From positions 10,233-74,232 of the forward strand of contig NW_005434472.1 in NCBI RefSeq assembly GCF_000315625.1: a stretch of DNA of 64,000 nucleotides, written 5' to 3'. Positions 1 through 16,520 of this stretch are shown one piece after another. The translations under genes were made by a program, and so were the position numbers. Origin of the DNA: Guillardia theta CCMP2712. Taxonomy: Eukaryota > Protista > Cryptophyta. The first letter of the stretch is position 1. The number at the start of each line of letters is the position of its first letter. The notes under the pieces were generated by a model, which searched no databases, was not told where the DNA came from, and was given only the letters and a program-made list of their open reading frames with translations.

Positions 1-1430
1 AACGACTTGCTCGTCTTGAAAGCCGAAGATTCCATACGCATTGGTCTCAACAGCCAATTTTCTGAACGCCCCTTGTCCGGTGAGACTGCGACGACCGATT
101 AGGGTGAATCGCACACACTCGTAGACCACCTTTTGTCAAGTTCCAGTGCCAAGTTCATCAGGCATGTCGCAGGATTGGAATGCAGGTTGGCTCCAAGCAG
201 CATGCGAACGGATTTGAAGTCGGGCCCGATGGGGAGCAGGTTGAAAAGAACCCTCGGGCTAGGGTTGTGCTGTTCGTTGCCTGTGTTGTCCACTCCGAAG
301 GAGGTCTCCCACTTGCAGGGGACGCAGCCAAAGAGAAAGATATTTCCTTTCATCCCAATAGGGATTGGAATGTCCTCTTCCTCCTTCTCCTCCGTGACAA
401 TATCCTTCACTGGCATATCACCCTCGTCCGGGGTTGCTTTTTCTCCCCCATCATCCGACAACGGAACTCGAGCGCTGCTCTTGTCCGTTTGCACTTTCAA
501 CTTCCTCTTTGTGTTTCCCTTCACATACTCCAACCACACCTTCTTTGCATGTGGTCCAACATACACTCGCCCCCAGCATGTGATATTGCTCTTGAGTGCG
601 CTGTGCCACTCCTCAGAATTGTAGGTCTCATTTGAGACTGCAACTAAGGCCTGCGAACAGAGTCAAGTCGAACAACGCCATATAACGACCGAAGGACCAT
701 ACTTGAAACCCCTTGTTTGGTCTTCCATTCTTGTATGCCTCGGTTGGTACCTGTTGAACACGTCGGGACAAAACCCAAGGAAATCAGTAAATGCGCGCAC
801 CATGGACAGAGACGGCTTCGGTCGACATTCGTCCAAGAACGATTCGAAGATAGCTTGGGCCTTGGCAATCACTGAGTAAGCAGACATTGCATGATTCTGA
901 CTTACGCAAGACTCAGGGGTGGTCTCGTGCTCGTAGGCCTTCAAGATCTGGTCATGAAGGTGGCTGTGGGAACGTCAGCAGGGAAGGAGCTAGAAACCTA
1001 GAGCCCCACCTCCTGGTTTCATCTTTTCTCCGAATCACCATCAAATTTCAGCGGATGAGTCCTAATGACAAAATGCACCCACTTGCTGCCAAATTATAAA
1101 GTTCACAGATAAAAATCAATTGTTTTTCTCTCAAGCAAGCAAATGTGTCACGAATCTTCGAAACCTGTGACAGAGTTAATGGAGAAATTCACGGTCAATG
1201 AGAACAATCCTAGTGGTACAAATAAAGATAATCTAAGTCACCATCATCAGCCATCAATGCAGCTGGAACGTATCAAACAATCAACAGAATGCACAGGAAA
1301 AAATCACTGCAATTTTTTCACGAGTGCAAGAGCATCATCTTGATTCAATGCCAGAAAACGAGAGAGAGAAACTGTCATATGACATGTCTCCTTCTATCGA
1401 GGCTCTAGTTTCATCAGAGATCCATGCTTA
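1..1430 (-). CDS. Hypothetical multi-exon protein, runs off the window start
   Basis: Minus-strand ORF pieces 663..944 and 99..566 look coding (charged, acidic stretch EEKEEED) and have plausible GT..AG introns between them. No family recognised and the start is uncertain. Confidence 0.35.
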
Positions 1431-2649
1431 AGCTCCCCAGACGGTCTACGAACAGCATGACGCCCCTCCCTCTCTCTAAGGAAAGCAAGAAAACCCGTTG
1501 CAATCTTTGTGGGTCCTACCACCCCTACCCACAAATCCCATGATTTGTAGGGGTGGGTGCGGGATGATGTGCCCCGGGTCCGGGATCCCGGGGTCCCGGG
1601 CCCAGCCAATCCGACTCAGCTGCTTCTTACAACTAATAATAGTAGTATAAATCCGTTACAAATCATCTAGAACCGTTTCCTCTATCTGGCTGCCAGTTCA
1701 GTCAAAGGTCAAACTCACCCCCCACACCCACCCCACCCCCCAGCTACCCATTTTATGCTTCTCTAGATCTAACCCCACCCCTCTGTCAACTTCAAAAGTT
1801 CCTCACCACGTGATCGGACCCGTTTATATCATACTGGCAGACCCACCCATAAAACTACCCCACCCCGAGTCAATGCGTATTTGTAACCATCAATTGACCT
1901 CTACCCTACCCTCATTTGCTCGCTTTGCCTCGTCACCACTACAACTCTCGCTCAGTCGAATAGCAGTGGTGGTGACCCCACCCACTTCCAGCCTTCGCAC
2001 CCCACCCCGACGTGTCCTGACTTATAAGGGGTACTCCAGCTGTTCCCTAAAACTTCAACTACCGGTGGTATCGACAGAGAACAACCCTACCCCTAGGTTC
2101 ACCGCTAACTCTACCCACGATTGTAGGCAAATCCTACTACACCTGACAGACCCCCACCCCCTCCTGTTCTAAGCATGCCTCACACGTTTATCCATTATAC
2201 TACCCCTACCCACTATAAACCTGCCTTTGATACTACCACTACCCATAAAAATCCCTAAAAGTACCCCAGCGAATTCCGCCTAATTGGCTCCTCTCGGGTT
2301 CAGAACCCCCACCCCCACCATGAACAATGGAAAGGAGAACGTTTTGTGGTGATAACGGGGTTACAATCACTTCCATTCTAGACCACCCTCCCATTCTCCC
2401 ATTCTACACGATACAATCTGTGGGTAGATATGATTAAAAAGAAGATAACTAAACATTGCTCTATTATCGTTCAGTACTATCGTTCTCATTTCCACAAGGG
2501 GGATGGAGCGACTGCATCTTCAAGCATGTGCTTGACCTTTACCTATAAAATTTCAATATTTCATTTACATTTCTAAATATGCTTTGAGTTATAGAAATCA
2601 ACGCTGAGACTCCCGAGCCTCGGGTGCTATCCATGGCGGCGGGAAGGCT

Positions 2650-5600
2650 ATGAAGAAGCATATTATCCTGAAGCACGCGGGCACCTCCCCCCTCCCTGCT
2701 TCTCCTCCTCTTCCTTCGTCTCCTTCATTGAACCCCAAGGAGTCTTGTGGCCTCACGGTGCATTCTCCCAGCCAGCCGGCTGGGTGGGAAACCGTCTCCG
2801 ATGGATGGATTGGCTTCAAGAAACTTCGCAGATTTCTGGAACATGGAGGGAATGGCGCAGTGGTTCCCGATGGTGAAGATAATGGAACCAAAAGTCATGG
2901 ACTTGTAGATAGAGTTAATTGCTCTTCACACGGAGGAGTGGTTGTCGAAAGCAAACAGACCGGGAAGCCCGAAGTCCCTGCCCTGCAAAGCGATCACAAG
3001 GCGGCAGAGAATGATGCTGAAGGTAATGATCTTCTCTCCCTCGTGTTCGCATGAACGACTTTCCTGATTTGTTCTGCTCAGGAGCGTGTGGGCCGAAGGA
3101 ACTGGCTTCTGAAAATGCGGGGAAGGTTTGGCCGAAGAATGGAGCACAAACAGAGGTCAAATCGCACGAGGATGTTGAGACTCCCCCGTCGGAGCATGCT
3201 GCTAAGGTGAAATCTTCTTGTCGACCATCTCATAGACCTGACATGTTCCCCCTTCATTTTCGATGCTTCCAGAAGGAAAGTTCAAAAGCCTCAGAAGAGC
3301 CTTTAGCTCAAGCGGACGAAGTTCGCAGTGAAGATGTGTATGTCAAGGAGGATGTGCAAGAAAAATCAACCAGCCTTAGAGAAGACCGAAAATCTCAGAA
3401 CAAGGGTGAAGAAATGGAAATGCCTGCATTGGAGGCAAAGATTGGTGGGGCGTGGTTCGACATCGAACTTCTCGGTGTTGATCCAGACGAGGACTTGTTC
3501 CATGTTATGGGAAGGGATACGGGTGAAAAGGAATGGGTGACTTGCCAGGAGGTGAGATTGCAGTGCCAGCCATACGAGAACAAGCCTAGCGTTGGTACGA
3601 CAGTCTGCTTGTTTCGGACCGCCGACAATGAACAGTTGTACTACGACGCAGTTGTTGATAGTGAGAAAAAGGACAACAAATTCTTCGTCACACTGCTTGA
3701 TGGACCAGAGAAGGGTAAAAAGGTTGTTGCCAAGCTCCAAGACATCTATGAAATCAGCAGCGAAAAGCTACCTATCTCGTCATTACGATCGTGGTGCAAG
3801 GCAGTGTACAGAAAGGTTGATTCGCTACCAAAAGTTGTAAACCTCAAGAAGGGTGATTATGCCATGTTCGAAGCTCCAGGAAACGAGAACTTTCGAGTTG
3901 CTCAGCTTCGGGAGCCCTACACAGCTGAAATTCAGGAAGAGGTCGACGAGGACGAAGATGGACCTGAGATTCGTGTTCGGTGGATGTTCACTGCGCAACA
4001 ACTCAAGAAAAAGCGAAAGAAATTGCTCAAAGGGGAGGACACAGACGAACATGAGGTATTTGTTTCAGACATGGAGTCGTTGATAGATGCCAGACTCATC
4101 GTAGATCAATGCTTCGTGAGTATTGTTGAACACCCTCCGGACACAAAGGATTGGGCCAACAATCGGTTTTTTGCCAACAGGGTTTTTGATCGTTCAGAAT
4201 ACAAGATAGTTTCTATTTCTGATGAATCCCTTGATCTGAAGCTAAAGAAAATCGTGAAGAGGCTTCTCTCTCGCAACAGAAAAAACGGTGATAAGGTCCA
4301 CGATGCAGAGGATGGAAACGACATTGATTCGCATGAAGTCCAGAAAGAAGATTCGACCCCCGCACATCGGAAATCAAATCATTCAGATGCTTCAATTGAT
4401 CATCCTTCCAAGAAGTCGCTTCCTTCCGGTGAAGAAAGCAGTGAAGATTTCACCAAGAATCCAAAGCAAGTAAAGGATAGGCTATCTAACAAAATGCCAG
4501 CTAAGGAGAATGCTGTTCAAGTTGTGGCGCACGACGATGAAAAGCGGTCTCCAAGCGAAAAGAGCCACAACAAGGGAGATGAGAATGGTAGTCGCAAACG
4601 AAAAAGTAGTGAACTGGATGATACCGCGCGTGCTGAGAGTGAAGGGAGGTGCAAGAGTGAAACGAACAAGCGCAGTCCTAAGAAATCACATGGGATCTCG
4701 CCAGCGCAGGTGTCGGCAGATCGAAAAGTTAAGCTGGAGAAGGAGCCTCATTTGCAGAAGATAGGCAGTACTACGAAACGCGAAGATGTTGATGAGAAAA
4801 GGGACAAGACGACGACGAAGTCAGATAGTAACAACAAACGGTCTGAAAAGAATGTTGTGATGGAGCTCTCAATCCCCAAAGTGGGGTCGAAGCAATCAAA
4901 ACCATCCTCAGGTGAAAATGAAAAGAGGATAACCAGCCACGAGAAGGCTTCTGGAAACAAGAAAGAAATCAAGAGAACAGAAGAGCTTCATACCAAGAAT
5001 GACAAGACATATCCCCCAAAGCACAATGCTTTAATTAACACGTCTCTAACTTCAGACATGAATTCGCATGCAGATACACAAGCTAAGACGGGCGGCATTA
5101 GGTCGGCAGCGACAATCCAGGCAATCCAGGGAAATTCTTCAAAAAAGTCCTCCTCGGGGGGGATACAGCAAGAGCATCATAAGCAGACTGAAGGAGGCAA
5201 AGCTTGCAGTCAATCTGCAAGTTCACTTCCATCCAAGGTCGATAATGCACATGTGAAGTGCAACATCAATAACTTGGGTCATGATGTTGAAATTTCAAAG
5301 GGGCTAGATGACGATGGAACAAGTCGCAACTTTGACGCTTTGACGAATTCCTGTGAACTAAAATTAGGATCCCCGCGCAAAGACTCAGTTGAGATGTACG
5401 ACCCAGCAGAGATCTCTGACGATCTCGACGCCACAGTTGTGAAGAAGCGTACAAGTCCAGTTTTTGATCATGGCCAGACTGATTCTGAGTCGGGACGGAA
5501 ATACGGACCGGAAACCATGTCGGACTGTCCCGCAACTGATGAAGCTGACCATCAAGAATCGCAGAACACCGTGAAGGCAAGTAAGAAGCCGCTGACGACT

Positions 5601-6647
5601 TACCTCCCTGAGCTATCCCTCCCAGTCCTACCAGGATTGGCCGACCATGGCCATGAAAGGACACAAGAGACGAAAGAAAACGACAACTTTGAGAATCGGG
5701 GGTCTGAGAGGAAGCATTCAAAGCCCGCGGACTCTTCTTTTGGGAATGAGAAGTCCAAGAGACGCAAGACGACGGCCCATGTGCAGTCTTTCCGCATCTC
5801 GATCCTGCAGTGCAAATGGAAGTTCATTGCGTATCAGCACGTGGATGGGGGGAAGAAGGTTGAAGATGTCAGCTTCGGAGAGGGCGAGAATGTCCATTGT
5901 GCGCTGAGCTTCCGGGACGACCGGGACAGAGCCATCTGCGATGAGCAGACCATCACAGCGGTGACTAAGACGCTTCGCTTCCTCGTCTCCGGTGCGAGCT
6001 CGACGGACCAGGATGAAGTGTTGACACCCTTGGAGACGAGCTCGTTTGGGGAGGTGTTCTGTTGTCAGGTGAACATCGGGAAGGCGGGGACGTACACCCT
6101 TCAGCCCTTCCTGGTTGACGACAAGGATGTCAGGCACCTGATTGGCTCTCCGGAAAGGGTCGTGATCACCCCAGGGAAGGTGCCTCTGCTCTGTTCGGAA
6201 ATCTCTTTGTTCGAGGTTGGACGAGGACAGAAGCTGGTCAGTCTATGCTCGCCTCCAGGCTCAGGGTCAGCCGAGCAGGTTTGCGCTGCTGGGATCGTGT
6301 CACGTGGCGCAAAGATTGAGGTTGAGATCTCGTTCAATCCAGCCCACTGTGGGGATGGAGGGAAGATAGATGAGAAGCAAGCGCAACGAGTCCTTTCGCA
6401 GCTGCAAATGCGCTGGGTCAAGCCGGTGCAACTCAAGGAGGACGTGTGGAAGGCTGGTGGCTCTGAGGGCTCGAGCGTCTGCATGGCAGCGGAGGTGGTT
6501 GAGGTAAAGCCGCAGATGCTGAGCATGACCGACTCGTCCGCCCGGGTTGCCTCGTTGCAGTTTGACATCGTCGGATGTCATGTACTTGTAGCCAAGTTCG
6601 ACGATGGGCCGAAGACCTTCCGCTTTGACTTAGCTTGTTGTGTATAA
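2650..6647 (+). CDS. SAWADEE-like tandem-Tudor + BAH domain chromatin protein with a long charged linker and a C-terminal filamin/Ig-like region
   Basis: ORF 2650.. joins ORF 3051..6647 in frame via intron 3023-3081 (GTAATG..CTCAG). LEAKIGGAWFDI..EKEWV..VRLQCQP..VCLF..EQLYYDAVV (~3425-3755) matches the SAWADEE pattern. KGDYAMF..FRVAQL..IRVRWMF..HEVFVSD..FFANRVFD (~3845-4200) matches BAH. GTYTL..HLIGSPERVVITPG (~6085-6180) is filamin-repeat-like. Confidence 0.75.
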
Positions 6648-6663
6648 ATAGGCAATCGAGACA

Positions 6664-8921
6664 TCATTCCTTGGTGATTGAGGGGTCGATAATGGTTGGC
6701 TTGGGCTCGGCGACGCCGCCCCGGACTGTCAAGGCTCCTAACCCCCAGGCAAGGTAGCCGACGGCCATGTTCCTGCATGAGGAGCGAGTGAGCGGACGAG
6801 ACCCGCGAGTGCGAGCGACTGACAGGCAGGCGGCGATCTGAAAGTGTACGGTCGTCTTGATGAACCTCGACACTGACCTGCCGTCAACACCAAGACAAGC
6901 CGCTCTGTCTACATCCTCCACCCTCCTGTCATCCACCCTCCCACTCCCCTTCCTTCTAACCTCCCACCTCCCTCGTTCCCACTCACTCTTCTTCTCTCCG
7001 TAGTTGAACGAGTCATGGCTGTCGCATCGTCACGCCAGGCAGCGACCGAGGAGGCTCAAGACCTGAGAGCGTCGCAGATGAAAGCCACGAGGGATCGGAG
7101 GACCTGGAGGTTCAGACCAATCAGGCACTAATGCTGAGGAAAATAACTCGAGGAGGAGGAGAGGAGGAGGAGAGGAGGAGGAGAGGATTGTAGCAGCAGC
7201 AGGGGAACGACACTGTTTTGACTAGAAACATGATGCGGGGGAAGAGAAAGGGCGTGAGACTGCGAGACCAAAAGGAGGGAGAGGAGGAAGAGGAGGGAGA
7301 GGAGGGAGAGGGAGAGGAGGAGGAGGGTAAAAACCGTCTGTCTTGTACTGTGACCCAAGAAGTATCTCCTGACTTTGAAGTCCACATGCGAGAGCTCTTC
7401 CCTGTTCGCATCGTCACCACCGGCCTGCTTCCTCCTCGCACCCTCCGACGAGACTGACATGCTCTTCAGGTTGCGATAAAATTCTCTCCTCCCCGGCAGC
7501 GGCTTCGGGAAAATCCTTCGGAGGAGGCTGGGCCGCTCGTGGCTCGTGAGGAGGACTAGCCCTCGATACCTCGCCTCCTTCTTCCCCTTCTGGCCCCGCC
7601 CACCTGCTGCAGAGAGTTGGAAGCAGCTACGGGTAAGCAGCAAGGAGGGCACTTGAGATCTGCTTCGTCTGCAGCGTCATGTTGCGGTCGCCTGAGCGCG
7701 GCCGTCAGGCTCGCACTGGGAGAGAGAGGAGGAGCAGACCGCAAGAAGACTGTAACCTGCCCCCAATTACGAGCTCCTTCCACTCTCTCTCGACATCTGT
7801 TGAGTTGCACATCACAGCTCACTCCCCCCAGGTCGCCCTCGCACCTTGTCCCGCCAGTCCTATCCACGTCTTGGCTTCTTCCAGCCTCCTCTCCGACAAC
7901 CTGGCGGCTTCGCTCCCCACCAGCACCTGCTCGACTGTCACCCTGCTTGCCCTCGAGGCCCGCAAAGTCGCTGGAGCTTCACCGGGTTGATCAGCGCGAC
8001 CGTGCGGTGCTCGCTCTGGTTGTTTCCTGCCGCTGCGATCAAGAAAGACAACAGCAGGTGAGGAAGTGGGGTTAGGGGTGGGTGGGGGGGAAGGGAAGGT
8101 TTCAGAGGAGAGAGGGAGAGGGGTAGCGGGAGGTCAAAGGGGGGAGGGGAAAAGGGTCACCGTGAAGCCTCCACATCTCCTCCATCACTCTCATCGCCAA
8201 GTTGCTGCAGCGGACGAAAGTCAGCGAGGCAGGAGCTGCCCTCACGCGCTCCGACCTCGCGAGCTCATTGCCGACGACGGCGATGCGCTGCTTGTCCACC
8301 GTCGAGCAGTTGGTGAGCCAGCTGCGACTGAGGGTGAGGGAGCGATCGGGTCAGAGCTTCTCACTTGTATGCTTCCATGGCGTCGTCAAGAGCCCTCTCG
8401 CATGAGAAGCCCTCCGACGCCAGTTGCGTCCCGCTGTGCATGACCACCAGCGTGTGCACCCCTGCGTCGCTGCCAAGACGTCATGCCCGCACCAGGAGGG
8501 AGGAGGAGAGGGGACCGAAGAGCATACGCAAGGTCCTCCCAGCTGTCTACTCCCGGAGCTCCTGGCAGCAGCCTGACAAACCTCTCACTGTCAACCCGCC
8601 AGCACTCCCCTCCTACAGTGCTGCCGGTGCCACAGTTTGGGAGTGCCGGAAGGGAGGGATAAAGAGTCGAGCGAGCAAAGGCCTCTCCTGTGCCTGCTGT
8701 CACAAGGGGACACGAGGGGAGGAGGAGAACCTGTCTGATCCTGACGTTGACGAGGCTAGCATGCGAGGAGAACTGCCACCACAGTCAGCGTCCCATGCTC
8801 GTCAAATCATCCTCTCGGTCACCCTGGGCCATTCAGAGTATGCAGTGCATGTCTGCACGAGGAGAGCAATGACAGCAAGCACTGCAACTGCTCGTCGTCT
8901 GTTGAAACTCCCGTTTGCCAT
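6664..8921 (-). CDS. Signal-peptide/anchor protein with a degenerate alpha/beta-hydrolase-like region (multi-exon, 3' end uncertain)
   Basis: ATG at 8921 gives MANGSFNRRRAVAVLAVIALLVQTCTAYS. Manually spliced exons give ALDDAMEAY..WLTNCSTVDKQRIAVVGNELA..SNLAM, which resembles the HSL/GDXG esterase segment AYxWL..VDxxRIAVxGxSAGGNLA. Confidence 0.45.
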
Positions 8922-9623
8922 CCCTCCCTCTGTCCTCCACGTTGGTCGAAGTCCCTGAGCTTGCAGTGCCTGTGACGCGCCTGATGTTCTTCGCCCTCCT
9001 TGTCTTCTTGCTTCCTCTCCCTGCCCTCGCTCTCTTCGCTCTTCACCTCTCGCCGCCTTCATCGCTCCCGACTCCTCTTTCAGCCATTGAGACGCATCCT
9101 AAGCCCTCATCCCCGCACAGATAGCAGCCTAAAGTCCGAGGCTGATCAGAACTTCGGAACTCGGAAGTCCGATCTCGGATCCTGGCAGGCTGCCGATCCA
9201 GGCCGGGGCCTAGTCCAGACGGTCCTGGAGTCTGGATCCTGGTCCGATACAGTCCGATCACCCGGCACTGAGGCTGAGATCACCCGGCCGTGGCCGCCAC
9301 CGGCGGGTCTCCTGGCACGCAGCCCTCGCAGCCCGGGTCCTGCCAAGATGGTCACTGTTAGCCTGTTCAACGTTTATCATCGCGGCCTGGGGGCGGGTCC
9401 CCGTCTGATTACCCCGGGTGACACTGGCCCAACTGATGTAGTACAGTCAGTCACCATGTCACCGAGGTTTTGGCGGGCGGCGGGGGGGCATAGTCACCGC
9501 CGGGCCGAACTCAGTACGGTGGGGCTATTAGGGCAGTCAAGTTTTCAAGTTTTAAAACACGCATGTGACGGTACAGGCCGAGACTACTGAGGCTGTAGGG
9601 GGCTACGACAGCCGCTGAGGCTG

Positions 9624-11792
9624 CTAGATCAATTGAACGCACGACCCATCGAAGGAGCCGCTGCTGACATGGCAAAGCCGCTGAAGAATCGAGTCACTGA
9701 CGGAGAGGCCCGAGGGAGCCTCCGAGAAAGGAGAGGGAGAGGGAGAGGGAGAGATAGAGGGAGAGGCGGGGAGAGTGAGAGGGGGGGGAGACAGAGGAAG
9801 ACTTGACAGAGAGAGAGAGACAGAGAGGGGTAGAGAGGAGGGAGAGGGAGAGGGTGCCCCAGAAGTGGGCGAGGGAGTGATGGAATAGTGAGAAAGTGTC
9901 GCCATCGGCATGTCGTTACCCGCTCGCCGGGCGACTGTCAAGCCCTCGGAAGTCGTTGACTCGCTTGGTTCACCCGCATCAACAGCGACAGCAGCAGAGT
10001 CATAACCTACCTGAAACTCGTTGCGGAAGGAAGCCTCTCGCGCCTCAGCCTCCAGCCTCATCGCACGCTCAGCCCGCAGCTCCTCCTGTCACCCCGGGGC
10101 CACGTCAGCTGAGAGCGAGCTGGGCCTTCGGCGAGCTCACTTGAGCCCGCATGAGCTCCATCTCGAGGTATCGCTTCTCCTCCTCCGCGCGCCTCTTGAT
10201 CTATGGGTGGCCGTTAGTTCTGAGGACTGGCAAGCCTCCCCCTACTTCATTCAGGTACTCCATGCGAGCCCTTTCGTTGTCCTGTGAAGCATAGCAGGTC
10301 ACCTCCTTCCCCCGCCTCCTCGCCCCCGCGAGCCCACACCTGAATCTGATGCTCGCTCTCCCGCTGCCACTCAGTCCGCCTCTGAGCCTCGGCGAGGCGA
10401 GCCTGCAGTTGTGGTCAGGAACAGCTCAACTCACCGTCAGCGAGTGGGGTCAGTAGGTGCAGAGGGGAGAAAGAGGGCGAAAACCTCAAGGGAACGGCGG
10501 TATCTCTCAGCCTGAAGCATCTGCTGCTCCACCTCTCTCTTCTCGTCATCCTGCAGGCATTTCCTTCAGGCGCTCGGTCGCTCCCAGGGCTCGTAGTCAC
10601 TTTCTCGCGGTTGATGTTCTCGATCTCCTTGATCCTCGCATCTTGATCGACCTCGTTCTTGTCGTACTGCTCTCGCATGCTGCAAGGCCGCCACGTCATC
10701 ACTCTGCTCTCAAGGCCATCAGCACGAGGGTTGCCTGGAAAGTTCCTGTCGGTTCCGCATGATCGTCGACTCGGCCATCCTCAACGCCGATCTCAGCCAT
10801 TCGTTCTGCATTGCACCAGGTCAATCCTCCACATCCGACATGTGTCCGGCAACAAACCTCCTCTTGTAATGCCCTCTGCGGAGTCTGATCGACCTGCACG
10901 GGCTGCGGCGGAGGCATCTGGGCCAGAGGTCAGTCGCCGCTAAACCCCTCACAGTCTCCTCGACAACGTTGGCGAACATCTCTGCCGACCATGAGGTGCC
11001 GAGCATGTATCTGAGACGAGTGAGACGAGGAGGAGGAAGGGGCGAGAGGCTCTGACCTGTTCAAGGTGGGGATCCGATTGCCTGCGGAGGATACATGAAA
11101 GGTCAGTAGCACGCAGCCAGGACAGCAGCTTCCGGAGACCTGAGGCATATAGGGAGACTCCAGCTGGAGGAGCCTGGGAAGAACCACCTCCCTGGAGAGC
11201 ATCGAAGTAGTCTACCAAGAGCATCCTCAGCAAGCAAACCCTCACAGCTCGAGGAGGAGGGCAAGACCTGGGGTCCCGCGAATCAGGTCGAGGTCGTAGA
11301 CTTCTCCCGATGATGGGTTCCTGACAGGTTGATGATGAGGAAGGCAGCGGGCAACCATGGTGAGGATGCGGGAGCTGACCTGAAGGTGACGCGAACAGCG
11401 GAACCCTGCTCTCCGATGATGAGGTGCCGCATCTCGGTCACACCGACGCCTGTCCACGCAGCCTCCACACGTCAAGTCGTCACAGGCCTGTCCTCGCCCC
11501 TACCCGTGACGTCGCTTCCTCCGACTCGGAGGATCTGGCCGAGCGTGTCAATCGAACGCAGACCATGAAGGGATGCCGGCGAGTCACCTGATCTCCGACC
11601 TTCACCTTCCCTGCCCTGTCGGCTGAACCACGGGGCACGACCTGCTTGACTGTCACCACCTTGGATTCCTCCTGCTCTCCCAGTAACAGTCCGACTCCCG
11701 CTTGCTCTGCGGGGCATGAATCAAGAAGCCTGCAGCACGGAGAAGCACGCACTTGAAGCAGAAAGAGCACGGTTGAAGCCAGTCATCGCCAT
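9624..11792 (-). CDS. PDZ-domain + coiled-coil protein (multi-exon)
   Basis: Spliced exons AGVGLLLGEQEESKVVTVKQVVPRGSADRAGKVKVGDQ|ILRVGGSDVTG..RHLIIGEQGSAVRVTFR form a PDZ fold. They are followed by E/R/Q-rich heptad exons (EQYDKNEVDQDARIKEIENINREK; RLEAEAREASF). Confidence 0.7.
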
Positions 11793-12683
11793 GACTTGTG
11801 GTTGTTGGAGCGTCAATCAGAGAACGAGGCTTCAACCTGCGATGAATCAACGCCATGCAGGTTCAAGGTGCGATGTGCTTGAAAAGTTCCCGGCACCCAC
11901 AAACTTGACAGTGAGTGAAAGCTAGACCCGCTGCTCAACTCCCTAACTCAGGCTCCCCCTTGGACATCTGCTACATCCTCATGGATGACTCACTGATTGG
12001 GTCCAATACTATTGAGTACAGTCTGCTCCTGCCGCACAAGGACTGCTCCTCGTGGACGCACTCGTAGTGCTGCCACCCGGCGGCTGCGCCTGACAGTCGC
12101 AGGGGAGCTGCCGCAGCTCTACTAGTACCATACTCGGGCTCAGTCAAGTGCCGCACGGCCTCGCCGTCGCTCCTGCGGCATTGCCCGCCCATCCTCTCAT
12201 CCGTCATCGAGTTCAAACCACCCTACCCCTCCCCCCCTCCGGTCAAACTCGACCCTACGGCGTTGACCCGAGGGCCGGGCCCGGAGTCGGGCCGGCCCGA
12301 TCGGACCGAAGCTGTCCGATCACTGAGTTCTGCTAGGATCTGTCAAGGCTTCTTCCGTGCTCGCCTCAGAGACAAGCACGTGAACTCTTGCTGCCAGCCC
12401 CCACCCCCACATTGATCACTACCCTACCCTCTTTGTGGATTGGGTGGATCCACCCCTACCTCAGACATGGGGAACCCCCCTTCAATCACCATAGGTACCC
12501 CGTTTTGGTTTCTCAGCAGGTAGGGTACCCTCCAATCTACCAATGTGATGCCACCCTACCCCCACCTTCGGAATTGTCATGGCTACCTCACCCTCGAATT
12601 ATTCTATTAGAGGTACCCACCCCTACTGTCTTCGTACCCCTCCAGGGTACTAATAATTCTGGATACTACCCCTACCCCCATGA

Positions 12684-15478
<2,795 letters not shown>

Positions 15479-15990
15479 CTCTAGTGGGACTGTGACAGCC
15501 GTTGGTTTCCTTGTTGGACTCTTTTCCTGTAATGAATGCAATGATATATCGTAATTGCTGGTCTCGAGGTATAATCAGCGCATGGTCACTGATAAGTTGG
15601 AAATTCACTGAACCGTCACCATCACCATACTCCGCGGCGGCCGAGCAGTCGGCTGGCTACTGTCCGATCAGTTCCACTGGCACTGCGAAGAATCACTGAG
15701 CTCCCGAGTCCCGAGATCACAGTCACTGAGTCACTGAGACTCGATGATGATCACAGGCTGTCACAAGTGCCGCGCAGTGCACTCAAGACAACTAATGGCA
15801 CGGCGACAGAAGAGACGACGTTGAACTTGCTTGTCGGAAACGATAAAAGAAAAGCTGAGGTGGTTCTTCAGCAGCCTGCCCCCAGCCTGCCAGTGAAAGC
15901 AATAGAAGAGCCACGGCGAGAATGGTTGACATAAAAAGATTAGCTCGGGAGGCTGAGGGGTCCCCTCATGTGGGAGGGGTGGAGACTTGC

Positions 15991-16062
15991 TTCCTCAACG
16001 GGGAATCGAACCCCGGTCTCCAGGGTGAGAACCTGGTATCCTAACCGCTAGACGATTGAGGA
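15991..16062 (-). tRNA. tRNA-Glu(CTC)
   Basis: 72-nt cloverleaf with acceptor stem TCCTCAA/TTGAGGA, D arm GTCTAGCGGTTAGGAT, anticodon arm CCAGG-TT-CTC-AC-CCTGG and T arm CGGGG-TTCGATT-CCCCG. Confidence 0.93.
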
Positions 16063-16448
16063 CTTCCCGATCTGTTGGGCAGGACCCTCCTAGGGTTGAT
16101 ATCCCCTGTGCCTCTCATGCATACCCCCACCCCTCATTTTCCCTCTCGCTACCCCTTTGTTTAGCGTGTTGTGCGTTGGCCACTCGATGTTCGCCGTATA
16201 CTACCCCACCCATCTTGTCAGAGTAAGAATCCACCACCCCTAGTCCTGGACCACCCCCTCCCCATCGATCAATGCGCGGATGGAAAGAACCCGAGGCGGG
16301 TCGTGCAGGGAATCGAGGTCACAGAGCCGCGAGAAGGACCGTGTGGTGCAATCAGGGGGTAGTGCTGCTAAGAATGAGGGGTGGGGGTATGCATGAGAGG
16401 CACAGGGGATATCAACCCTAGGAGGGTCCTGCCCAACAGATCGGGAAG

Positions 16449-16520
16449 TCCTCAATCGTCTAGCGGTTAGGATACCAGGTTCTCACCCTGGAGACCGGGG
16501 TTCGATTCCCCGTTGAGGAA
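16449..16520 (+). tRNA. tRNA-Glu(CTC), identical inverted copy
   Basis: Same 72-nt sequence on the + strand. A T5 run at 16574-16578 is a likely Pol III terminator. Confidence 0.93.

Noticed and set aside
1490-2420. ACCCT-rich DNA as interstitial telomere
   Set aside because: There is no tandem fixed-length unit. It is reported as a promoter-associated island instead.
15991-16520. tRNA copies as SINEs
   Set aside because: Both are perfect cloverleafs with a nearby terminator, and they lack a tail or target-site duplication.
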